DNA from: Planctomycetota bacterium
GTDB lineage: Bacteria; Planctomycetota; PLA2; JAEUHO01
DNA: 63,061 bases
Direction: 5' to 3'
Assembly (NCBI GenBank): GCA_965223505.1
Contig: CBDCWP010000001.1
Location: 1-63,061 of the forward strand
Below, piece after piece: positions 39,916-47,988 of this stretch; positions within the stretch are counted from its first letter, which is position 1, and the number at the start of each line of letters is the position of its first letter. The notes under the pieces are model-generated. The model ran no database searches. It was not told where the DNA came from and saw only the letters and a list, made by a program, of their open reading frames with translations. Made by a program: the position numbers and the translations under genes.

Positions 39916-41898
39916 ATGTCGAACGTGAAGCGCCGTCCGTACGGATCCTGGTCGTCCCCCATCACCGCAGACTTGCTTGCGCAGAGCGGCGTATCGATCA
40001 GCGAGCCCCAGTGGGACGACGGCGCGCTCTACTGGCTCGAAGGGCGTCCGACCGAAGGCGGGCGCTATGTGATCGTCCGCCGCGACCCGGATGGCACGGT
40101 CGAGGACGTCCTGCCCGAAGGCTTCAACGCCCGCACACGGGTTCACGAGTACGGAGGCGGCGCGTATCGCGCCCGCGGTGACGTCCTCGTCTTCGCCAAC
40201 TTCGACGACCAGCGCCTCTATCGCATCGACGGCGGCGGCGCGCCGCGGCCGATCACGCCCGAGCCCGCGTCGGCCCGGAGCCTGCGCTACGCCGACATGC
40301 GCTTCTCGCCCGACGGCGAGACGATCTACTGCGTTCGCGAGCGCCACGGCGACATGCCCGAGGCCGTCAACGAGATCGTCTCCCTGCCGGCCGACGGCGG
40401 CGAGGCGCCGCGCGTGCTCGTCACCGGGAACGACTTCTACGCGGCGCCGCGCGTCCGCGCCGACGGATCGGCGCTGGCGTGGATCGCGTGGAACCACCCC
40501 AACATGCCGTGGGACGGAACGGAGCTGTCCACCGCGTCGTTCCAACCCGACGGCACGCTGGGAGCGCCCGAGAGGGTCGCCGGCGGCGAGACGGAGTCGA
40601 TCTTCCAGCCGGCGTGGAGCCCGGACGGCACGCTTCACTACGTGTCCGATCGCACCGGCTGGTGGAACATCTACCGCGTCGAGGGCGATCACCGCATCAA
40701 CCTGGCGCCGATGCAGGCCGAGCTCGGACTCCCCCACTGGAACTTCGGCATGAACACCTACACGTTCCTGTCGAACGACCGGATCGCGGCGGTGATTCAG
40801 CACGAGGGCCGCGACACCCTCACGCTCATTCGAGACATCGGCGAACGTACCGACGTGGAGCTGCCGTTCTCGTGTCTGCTGTGCGCCGGGCAGATTCGCG
40901 GCGAGGGTACGCGTCTCGCGTTGATCGCGGGATCCGCGACGTCGTTCACGCAGCTCGTCACGTACGACGTCGAGACGCGCCGGCTCGAGACGATTCGAAG
41001 GAGCGTGGACACCGACATCGACACTGCGTTCGTCTCAGCGGCGCAGCCGATCAAGTTCCCGGTCGGCGAAGACGAGAACGGCGAGACGATCGAGGCGTAC
41101 GGCTACTACTACGCGCCCCACAACCCGCACTTCGAGGCGCCGGAGGGCGAGCTGCCGCCGCTCATCGTGTTCTCCCACGGCGGTCCGACGGGCTTCACGA
41201 CGCCGGTGCTGCGGCTGTCGATGCAGTTCTGGACGAGCCGCGGGTTCGCGCTGGTGGATGTCGACTACGGCGGCAGCACCGGCTATGGCCGCGCGTATCG
41301 CGAGCGGCTCAACGGCAACTGGGGCATCGTGGACACGCGCGACTGCGTCAAGGCGGCCGAGCATCTGCGCGACCAGGGGCTCGTCGACGGCAACCGCCTG
41401 GCGATCCGCGGCGGTAGCGCCGGCGGCTACACGACGCTGTGCGCGCTCGCCTTCCATGACGTGTTCCACGTGGGCGCCAGCTACTTCGGCGTCGGTGACG
41501 CCGAGGCGCTCATGCGCGACACGCACAAGTTCGAGAGCCGGTATGGACATCACCTCTACGGCGGCTCGGTGGAAGAGGCGGCGGAGATCTACCGCGCGCG
41601 CTCCCCGATCAACGCCACCGACCGAATCTCGTGTCCGATGATCCTCCTGCAGGGCCTGGAAGACCGCGTCGTCTCACCGGCCCAGGCGGAGCAGATGATC
41701 GCGGCGCTCGAGGCCAAGGGTCTGCCGTACGCGTACGTTGCGTTCGAGGGCGAGCAGCACGGTTTCCGCAAGGCGGAGAACATCCGGCGCGCCGCCGAGG
41801 CGGAGCTGTACTTCTACGCCCGCGTGTTCGGCTTCGAACCCGCCGACGACATCGAGCCCGTCGAGATCGCGAATCTGCCTACTTCAGGCGTGTCTTGA
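39916..41898 (+). CDS. S9 family (prolyl oligopeptidase/acylaminoacyl) peptidase
   Basis: PYGSWSSPIT, RTRVHEYGGG, HGGPT, GGSAGG nucleophile, QGLEDRVV, GEQHGFR. Confidence 0.93.
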   Translation: MSNVKRRPYGSWSSPITADLLAQSGVSISEPQWDDGALYWLEGRPTEGGRYVIVRRDPDGTVEDVLPEGFNARTRVHEYGGGAYRARGDVLVFANFDDQRLYRIDGGGAPRPITPEPASARSLRYADMRFSPDGETIYCVRERHGDMPEAVNEIVSLPADGGEAPRVLVTGNDFYAAPRVRADGSALAWIAWNHPNMPWDGTELSTASFQPDGTLGAPERVAGGETESIFQPAWSPDGTLHYVSDRTGWWNIYRVEGDHRINLAPMQAELGLPHWNFGMNTYTFLSNDRIAAVIQHEGRDTLTLIRDIGERTDVELPFSCLLCAGQIRGEGTRLALIAGSATSFTQLVTYDVETRRLETIRRSVDTDIDTAFVSAAQPIKFPVGEDENGETIEAYGYYYAPHNPHFEAPEGELPPLIVFSHGGPTGFTTPVLRLSMQFWTSRGFALVDVDYGGSTGYGRAYRERLNGNWGIVDTRDCVKAAEHLRDQGLVDGNRLAIRGGSAGGYTTLCALAFHDVFHVGASYFGVGDAEALMRDTHKFESRYGHHLYGGSVEEAAEIYRARSPINATDRISCPMILLQGLEDRVVSPAQAEQMIAALEAKGLPYAYVAFEGEQHGFRKAENIRRAAEAELYFYARVFGFEPADDIEPVEIANLPTSGVS

Positions 41899-42826
41899 GC
41901 GCCGTCTCGTTGGCGGCGACCCACTTCGCGTAGCCCTCTTGCAGGGCGGCCGGCTTGGGATTGCCCTCGAACGTCTTGCCGGTCAGCGCGACGAGGGCGT
42001 CGCGCGCAGCGTCGCGCACGAGCTCGTCCTTGTCCGCCAGCGCCTGGATGAGCGGATCGACGGCGTCGAAGCGCCCGCTCTTGCCGAGCGCCGTGGCCGC
42101 CTTCAGGCGGAAGTAGAAATCCTTGTGGCCGGACAGGTTCTTCACGTGCTCCGCGAACGTCGCCGGCCTCTCCTTCACCGGTGCGAACCCGGAAAACCGT
42201 CCAGCGCTGTTCGGGTCCTTGCCTTGCTGCAGCGCGCGGTACTTGCGCTGGATCTCGGCGCGCTCCGCGCGCGAGAGGCCGGACGTGAACCCGAAGTCCT
42301 TCTGGGTGATCTTGAAGAGCGCTTCACCCGCAGCGGTGCGCACGAGATCGTCCCGATCCTGGAGCGCGTCGATCAAGCTTGAAACGCCGTCTTTGTGGCC
42401 GATGTCGCCCAGCGCGGTCGCGGCACCCAGGCGCACGTAGAAGTCCGTGTGTCGCTCGAGCGTGCGGATGAGCGCAGGCACCGCGCGTGGCGACTTCAGT
42501 CGCGCCAGCTCGACCGTCGCGGTGAACGCTTCGTCGTTGTTCTCGACGCCGAGCTGCTTGATGAGTCCATCGACCGCCTCCGTCGACTCGCGCTCGCGGA
42601 TGAGCGCCGCGAGCGGCAGGTTGGCGAGGTGCTTTTCGAGCCCCTGGATCTTCCCGGTGAAGTAGTGGGCCGCCTCCTTGGTGTGGCTTGCCGCCAGCAG
42701 CTCCTCGTACCGCGAGATCTTCTTCTCGATCTCCTCGCGCTCGGCCCTGAGCGCACGGCCGTCGTCCGCCAGGGCCGGCGCCGCCAGGATCGCGATCGCC
42801 GCGAGAACCATCATCGAAATGCGCAT
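41879..42826 (-). CDS. exported HEAT-repeat protein with a duplicated HEAT module
   Basis: Signal peptide; two modules (DFYVRLGAATALG..LQDRDDLVRTAA and DFYFRLKAATALG..LADKDELVRDAA). Confidence 0.8.
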   Translation of the reverse strand: MRISMMVLAAIAILAAPALADDGRALRAEREEIEKKISRYEELLAASHTKEAAHYFTGKIQGLEKHLANLPLAALIRERESTEAVDGLIKQLGVENNDEAFTATVELARLKSPRAVPALIRTLERHTDFYVRLGAATALGDIGHKDGVSSLIDALQDRDDLVRTAAGEALFKITQKDFGFTSGLSRAERAEIQRKYRALQQGKDPNSAGRFSGFAPVKERPATFAEHVKNLSGHKDFYFRLKAATALGKSGRFDAVDPLIQALADKDELVRDAARDALVALTGKTFEGNPKPAALQEGYAKWVAANETALKTRLK

Positions 42827-42957
42827 GTCTGAATCTCCCTGCCGGAACGGGTCGAGGATAGCGCCTCTTACAACGCGCGCCGGCGGCCCTCGGGACGAAC
42901 TACTCGGCCGAAGGCGGCGAAACGTCCTGGGGGTTGCGAGTGATAGGGTCCGCGCCC

Positions 42958-43332
42958 ATGACGCAGATCCTCCTGGCCGGCCTGGGCGGGTTCGTCGGCG
43001 CGGCGCTGCGATACGGCGGCACCGAGCTGGCGAGCCGGCTTCACACGGGACCGGGCTTCACCTACGCGACCCTCATCGTCAACGTGCTCGGCTGCCTCGC
43101 GATCGGGTTGCTGGGCGGACTGAGCGAGGCGCGCGGCCTGCTCTCCCCGGAGGCGCGCGCGTTCCTGCTCGTCGGCATCCTCGGCGGGTTCACGACGTTC
43201 TCGACGTTCGGGTTCGAGACCCTGCAGCTGGTGCGCGCGGGTCATCAGGTGATCGCGATGGCGAACGTCGTGCTGCACCTCGTGCTCGGCCTCGGCGCGG
43301 TGTGGGCGGGGTGGAGTCTGGCGCGCGCGTAG
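42958..43332 (+). CDS. crcB: fluoride channel Fluc/CrcB
   Basis: GGFVGAALRY, TLIVNVLGC, GILGGFTTFSTF. Confidence 0.95.
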   Translation: MTQILLAGLGGFVGAALRYGGTELASRLHTGPGFTYATLIVNVLGCLAIGLLGGLSEARGLLSPEARAFLLVGILGGFTTFSTFGFETLQLVRAGHQVIAMANVVLHLVLGLGAVWAGWSLARA

Positions 43333-43460
43333 CGGGCGGGGCCTCGGCCCTACGTGACGCGGGACATGCGCACGCCAGGACCCCGTCAGCGACGATCGGG
43401 GGTCGAGCGACGGCTCGCACCCCGGGGTGTCTGCGCAGCGGGCGGGGCCTCGCTTCGCCC

Positions 43461-43733
43461 CTACTCCTGCCCCATCTGGCGCGCGTGGAAGAACATCACG
43501 TGCGCGCAGTTGCCGCAACGAACCCGAACCATGCGTGAGCCGCGGCCGAGATCAGGCGCGCCGTCGCGTCCGTGCGTGCCGAGCGTGACGTAGAAGTCCT
43601 TGCTGACCCGCAGATCCTCGTGACGACAGACCGGGCAGGCCTTCACACTGCGTGCTTGAAGCCACTTGCGGGCGGCAACGGGATCGACGTTCACCTTCGA
43701 CTTCACAGCTTGTCCGGATTTGCGGCTTTGCAT
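43461..43733 (-). CDS. small zinc-ribbon protein
   Basis: CPVC...CGNC with a VMFF ending; GGGAG RBS. Confidence 0.7.
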   Translation of the reverse strand: MQSRKSGQAVKSKVNVDPVAARKWLQARSVKACPVCRHEDLRVSKDFYVTLGTHGRDGAPDLGRGSRMVRVRCGNCAHVMFFHARQMGQE

Positions 43734-43847
43734 CGCTTGACTCCCTGAATACAAGCTACCCGAAATCGTCTCTCCGATGCGACGGGCCGCGTTGGTCCCC
43801 ACCCGTGATAGGTTCGCTCGGGGAGGAACGGGTCGGGGACGCAAACA

Positions 43848-44213
43848 ATGGCCCGCATCCTGATCGCTGACGACGACGCCGGCGCGCGCGAGATGCTCGG
43901 GCGCGTCTGCGAGTACCACGGGCACGACGTCGAGCGGGCCCGCGACGCCGCCCGGGCCGTGGCCGCGTACAAGTCGTTCCAGCCCCATGTCCTGATCGTG
44001 GACCTCGCCATGCCGCACGGCGGCGGGATGCAGCTGGTGCGCGACATCCGCGGGCTGGACGGCGACCCGTGCCCCGTGATCGTCATCAGCGGCTACGCGA
44101 CGACCCTGGATGCAGACGAGCGGGCATCCCTGGGCGCCGTGGCGTTCCTGGACAAGCCCGTCGAGATCACGTCGTTGATGAAGGCGCTCGACAGCGCGCT
44201 CGGCAAGAGCTAG
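43848..44213 (+). CDS. single-domain response regulator (CheY-like)
   Basis: ILIADDD, VDLAMP (phospho-Asp), ISG, FLDKP. Confidence 0.92.
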   Translation: MARILIADDDAGAREMLGRVCEYHGHDVERARDAARAVAAYKSFQPHVLIVDLAMPHGGGMQLVRDIRGLDGDPCPVIVISGYATTLDADERASLGAVAFLDKPVEITSLMKALDSALGKS

Positions 44214-44605
44214 TCGTCGTCCTCGTCGTCGGACGAAGCATCTCTCTCGATGCTGCGGGGGCGCCCGTGCCGGTCGATGGCGACCATGATGAACTCGGCG
44301 CTCGTGCAGTGCGTCCGCTCCCCGGTATCGAGGTACTCGCCGTAGGTCTCCACGAGAATGCACATGGACGTGTTGCCGACGCTGCGCAGGGACGCCACGA
44401 CCTCGACCGCCCAGCCCTCCCAGATCGGCGCCTTGAAGTCGACCGACTGGATGTGCGCGGTGACGACCGGCCCCTTGGCGACGCGGTGCCCGAGCATCCC
44501 TGCGGCTTCGTCCATCAGGCTCAGCGCGACGCCGCCGAACAGACTCCCGTGACGGTTCGTCTGGCCGGGCATGACGAGTCGCTGGATCTTGACGGACTTC
44601 TTCAT
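44210..44605 (-). CDS. acyl-CoA thioesterase (YciA-like hotdog)
   Basis: MPGQTNRHGSLFGG..LSLMDEAA, VVTA, VDFKAP, VGNTSM. Confidence 0.9.
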   Translation of the reverse strand: MKKSVKIQRLVMPGQTNRHGSLFGGVALSLMDEAAGMLGHRVAKGPVVTAHIQSVDFKAPIWEGWAVEVVASLRSVGNTSMCILVETYGEYLDTGERTHCTSAEFIMVAIDRHGRPRSIERDASSDDEDDD

Positions 44606-44650
44606 CGCCGCCAAGCGTACGATGCGCGCTCACGGGACGGAGTTTCGAAA

Positions 44651-45172
44651 ATGAACACGGCGGGCGAACAGTTCCTGCGCGACACGGTCATGCGCTTCCG
44701 GCAGGAGTACCTCCCGCGGCTCGAGCAGGCGATCGGCGCGCTCGCGCCGGAAGATCTATGGTGGCGTCCGCACGACGGCGTGACCAGCGTCGGCATGCTG
44801 CTCACGCACCTCGAGGGAAACGTCCGTCAGTGGATCCTGTCCGGGCTCGGTGGCGAACCCGACCGTCGCGAGCGCGACCGGGAGTTCCAACCCGGCGACG
44901 AGAAGGATGCGCGCGTGCTGCTGGAACGGCTGAAGAAGACGACCTTGCTCGCGTGCCACCAGCTCGACGCGACGGACCACGGGCGGCTCACGGAGATCGT
45001 CGAGATCCAGGGCTTCAAGATGTCCGTGCTCAGCGCGGTCTATCACGTGCTCGAGCACTTCGGCTGGCACACGGGACAAATCACGTGGATCGCGAAGGCG
45101 CGCGGCGGTCCCGACCACGGCATCGCGTACTACGAGGACGAGGCGCTCAACGAAGCGCGCAATCCCGAGTAG
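44651..45172 (+). CDS. DinB/DUF1572-like protein
   Basis: LWWRP, SVGMLLTHLEGNVRQWI, RERDREF, HVLEHFGWHTGQI. Confidence 0.85.
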   Translation: MNTAGEQFLRDTVMRFRQEYLPRLEQAIGALAPEDLWWRPHDGVTSVGMLLTHLEGNVRQWILSGLGGEPDRRERDREFQPGDEKDARVLLERLKKTTLLACHQLDATDHGRLTEIVEIQGFKMSVLSAVYHVLEHFGWHTGQITWIAKARGGPDHGIAYYEDEALNEARNPE

Positions 45173-45184
45173 CGCTGCGGGGTC

Positions 45185-46537
45185 TCACGGCGCGTCGCCG
45201 TCGCCGCTCTCGCGGGAGGAGGCCTGGCCATCCGCGTCGAGCCGCGCCAGGGCCTCACGAGCGGCCCGGGCGCGCGCCGGCCGGGTATTCGGGAACGACA
45301 GGGCGAGTCGAAAGGCATCGCGCGCCGCGTCGCGGCGGTCGAGTGCGAGGCACGCGCGTCCGAGCGCCAGGTAGCCCCGGCCGACCTGGCTCGAGTACGG
45401 GTGAAACGTCACGTAGCGGCGAAGCGCCGCGTGCGCCTCTTCGTGCTTCGCCTGGGCCGACAGCGACAGGCCGAGATAGAGCACGCCCTCGTCGTAGAGC
45501 CCCGTGCGCCCCAGGTCCTGCTCGATCATGGCGCGAAACGCCGCCTCCGCTTGCGCGTGACGGCCGAGCTCGAACAGGGAACGCCCACGGTAGAAGCGCG
45601 CCGTCGGCGCGAATGCGGTCGCTCCATGCGCCGTCAGGAACGCGTCGAGCTCGTTGAGCGCCGCCTCGTAGGCGCCGCGGCGATAGGTGGACTTCGCATC
45701 GCGAATGTCGGACAGCCCGCGCGCTTGACCGAGGATGCGAGCCTTCGCGTGCTCGCGCAGTCCGTTCCGGTACGCAAGCCAGCTGCGCTTCGTCACGTGC
45801 GACATGGCGTCCCGCGCGAGCGTGCCGCGCTCGATCAGCCGGCAGAAGCGCCGCACGCCGTCGTTCGGAACGAGCTTCGCGAGATACTCGATCGAGAGAT
45901 AGGCATACGGGTACGCGACGAGCTTGCGTTCGCGCTCCATGAGCCCCGTCATGAGCGCCTCGACGTCTTCGCTGACGGCGAGGTTGCGGCGAATGTGGCG
46001 GTCGCCTTCGTCCGCCGTCCAGAGCGCGAGCCCCTCGCGCACCCAATGCGGCAGCGCGTGGTACCTCCGCGGCCCCATGCGCTCGCGCATGACCGCGTGC
46101 ACGAGCTCGTGGTCGATCGTGGTTGCGAGGTCGCTGTCGCCGGTCAGGTAGTACTGGGTGAAGAGGACGATCTCGTGGCGTCCGAGCTCGTGCCCGCCCG
46201 CATCGTGCCCCTTGCACGAGTAGCAACGCGCGCGATCACCTCCCCGACGCTTCGGATCGATGTCTTCGACGACGATGCGGATGCGGCCGGGATCGAGGGC
46301 CGTCAAGCCCAGCCGTCGCTCGCAACGCGCGAGCGCACGCGCGACGAGCGCGGGCAACCGCTCGAACGTCGCGGAGAAGCGCGGGTCGTCGGCGAACTCA
46401 CCCTTGTAGGCGTCGAGCGCGATCTCGACGCGCGCCGGCGCCGCGTCGATCGGGGCCCGACTCGTCACGAGCAGTGCGACGGCAGCGCACGCCGCGATAC
46501 CAGCCCCTGCTCGGCTCCAACGCCGTCGTCTTCGCAA
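45185..46537 (-). CDS. exported HExxH metallopeptidase-like (MA clan) plus TPR protein
   Basis: Signal peptide; HELVH...WVREGLA; C-terminal YbgF/BamD-like TPRs. Confidence 0.75.
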   Translation of the reverse strand: MRRRRRWSRAGAGIAACAAVALLVTSRAPIDAAPARVEIALDAYKGEFADDPRFSATFERLPALVARALARCERRLGLTALDPGRIRIVVEDIDPKRRGGDRARCYSCKGHDAGGHELGRHEIVLFTQYYLTGDSDLATTIDHELVHAVMRERMGPRRYHALPHWVREGLALWTADEGDRHIRRNLAVSEDVEALMTGLMERERKLVAYPYAYLSIEYLAKLVPNDGVRRFCRLIERGTLARDAMSHVTKRSWLAYRNGLREHAKARILGQARGLSDIRDAKSTYRRGAYEAALNELDAFLTAHGATAFAPTARFYRGRSLFELGRHAQAEAAFRAMIEQDLGRTGLYDEGVLYLGLSLSAQAKHEEAHAALRRYVTFHPYSSQVGRGYLALGRACLALDRRDAARDAFRLALSFPNTRPARARAAREALARLDADGQASSRESGDGDAP

Positions 46538-46668
46538 TCCGCGCCTCCTTCGACGCGCCAGAAGCTAGCAGTGCCCTCCCCCCGCTCCGCGGGACAATCC
46601 GAACGCTGTCGCGGCTGGAACCCCAGGTACAAGGGGGCTTGCGCGATCTACGCCCCACAGGAGCCCCC

Positions 46669-46995
46669 ATGTCCATACCCCGTTTCGCTCACTCCGCCTT
46701 GCCCTGGATCGCCGCGTCGCTCATCGGCGCGGCCATCGTGATCGTTCCGCTCACGTCGAACGGCAACCCGGCGCACGCCAAGGACGAGGCGCACTCGCTG
46801 TTCCTCTCGATCACCGGCGAGGGTCCGACCGCGAAGGCCTGGTACGACGAGGCACCGCCGGCCGGCGTTCCGATCCAGGACGCGTTGGACAAGTTCTCTG
46901 CCGAGGGCTATCGCATCGTGAAGGTCACGGAACCCCACGGCAGCACGACCGGCGGGTTCGTCTGGTCGATCCTGATGGAGCGTACGGGGAAGTAG
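46669..46995 (+). CDS. small exported hypothetical protein
   Basis: AGGAG RBS, hydrophobic signal ending AHA, LDKFSAEGYRIV motif. Confidence 0.65.
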   Translation: MSIPRFAHSALPWIAASLIGAAIVIVPLTSNGNPAHAKDEAHSLFLSITGEGPTAKAWYDEAPPAGVPIQDALDKFSAEGYRIVKVTEPHGSTTGGFVWSILMERTGK

Positions 46996-46998
46996 CGC

Positions 46999-47979
46999 TC
47001 AGGCGGTCCACGACCGGCCCAACACGCCGAGTACGCGCGCCGACCACAGGAGGGCGTAGAAGCAGACGACGCGCAACACGATCGCCGCAACGAGCAGCAG
47101 GAAGAACCCCTCGGGGCGAACCGTCAACAACACGACCTCGGTGATGCCGACGACCCACCACCCCACCGCGCCGCCGAGACAGGCGAGCGGCGCCTTGAAG
47201 ACCCACGGCAGCGCGTTCCAGGGCCACTTGAGCGTGTGGTCGCCCAGCGCCGTGCCGAGCGCCATCACGGGGACGTAGGCCGTCGCCACGATCAGCAACA
47301 CGACGCCGACGAACCAGGCCCCGTCGAACTGCATGAGGACGAGCGCCGGCACGAACAGCGCGACGGCCCGGACCATCAGCGAGGCGTACTCCTGAATCGA
47401 AGAGCGCGCGTCTCGCGTCTCGAGCGGCAACCCCTGCTTCCACGCCTCGGGCGTGTCGTCGCCGTCCGCGACCTTGCTGATGACGGCGAGCTGGGCGCAC
47501 AGAAAGAAGAACCCTACGAACACCTTCAGCGGCCACGTGAAGAACAACAGCCCGTCGACGTACCCGAGCGCGTCGAGCATCACGTAGACGACGGCGCCGG
47601 CGCCGATCAACGCGGGACCGGGCTTGCGCAAGGGAAACTGCACCGACTCGCCCGGCCAATCGTCCGGCGGGGGCACGGGTCCGACCGTCGCCTTGCGTTG
47701 CTTGCCTTGGCGCTCCTTGACGGTGCGCGTGTCGACGTCGCCGTCCTCGTGGGGGTCGGACTCGACGGGCGCCGGCCGTTTGGTCGTGTCCTCGGGGTCG
47801 CGGCGCACAGGCGGCGGCGTCCGTGACACCACACGCGGCTCGATCTCGCGCGCATCCTCCAGCTCGAATTCCGAACCGTCCTTCTTCGGCGCGGACGGCT
47901 TCGGCTGGTCCTCCGGCGGCTCACGCTCGGGACGGTCGTCTTCCGGCTCGAGCTCGAAGGGGTTGCTCTCGTTGGGCAC
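46999..47979 (-). CDS. membrane protein with acidic/Pro-rich N-terminus
   Basis: Disordered N-terminus followed by about six TM segments; starts just after the smc stop. Confidence 0.7.
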   Translation of the reverse strand: MPNESNPFELEPEDDRPEREPPEDQPKPSAPKKDGSEFELEDAREIEPRVVSRTPPPVRRDPEDTTKRPAPVESDPHEDGDVDTRTVKERQGKQRKATVGPVPPPDDWPGESVQFPLRKPGPALIGAGAVVYVMLDALGYVDGLLFFTWPLKVFVGFFFLCAQLAVISKVADGDDTPEAWKQGLPLETRDARSSIQEYASLMVRAVALFVPALVLMQFDGAWFVGVVLLIVATAYVPVMALGTALGDHTLKWPWNALPWVFKAPLACLGGAVGWWVVGITEVVLLTVRPEGFFLLLVAAIVLRVVCFYALLWSARVLGVLGRSWTA

Positions 47980-47988
47980 GGAAGCAGG

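Noticed and set aside
42830..42957. Fluoride riboswitch upstream of crcB
   Set aside because: No GGCGATGG..TTCGCC-type core could be found.
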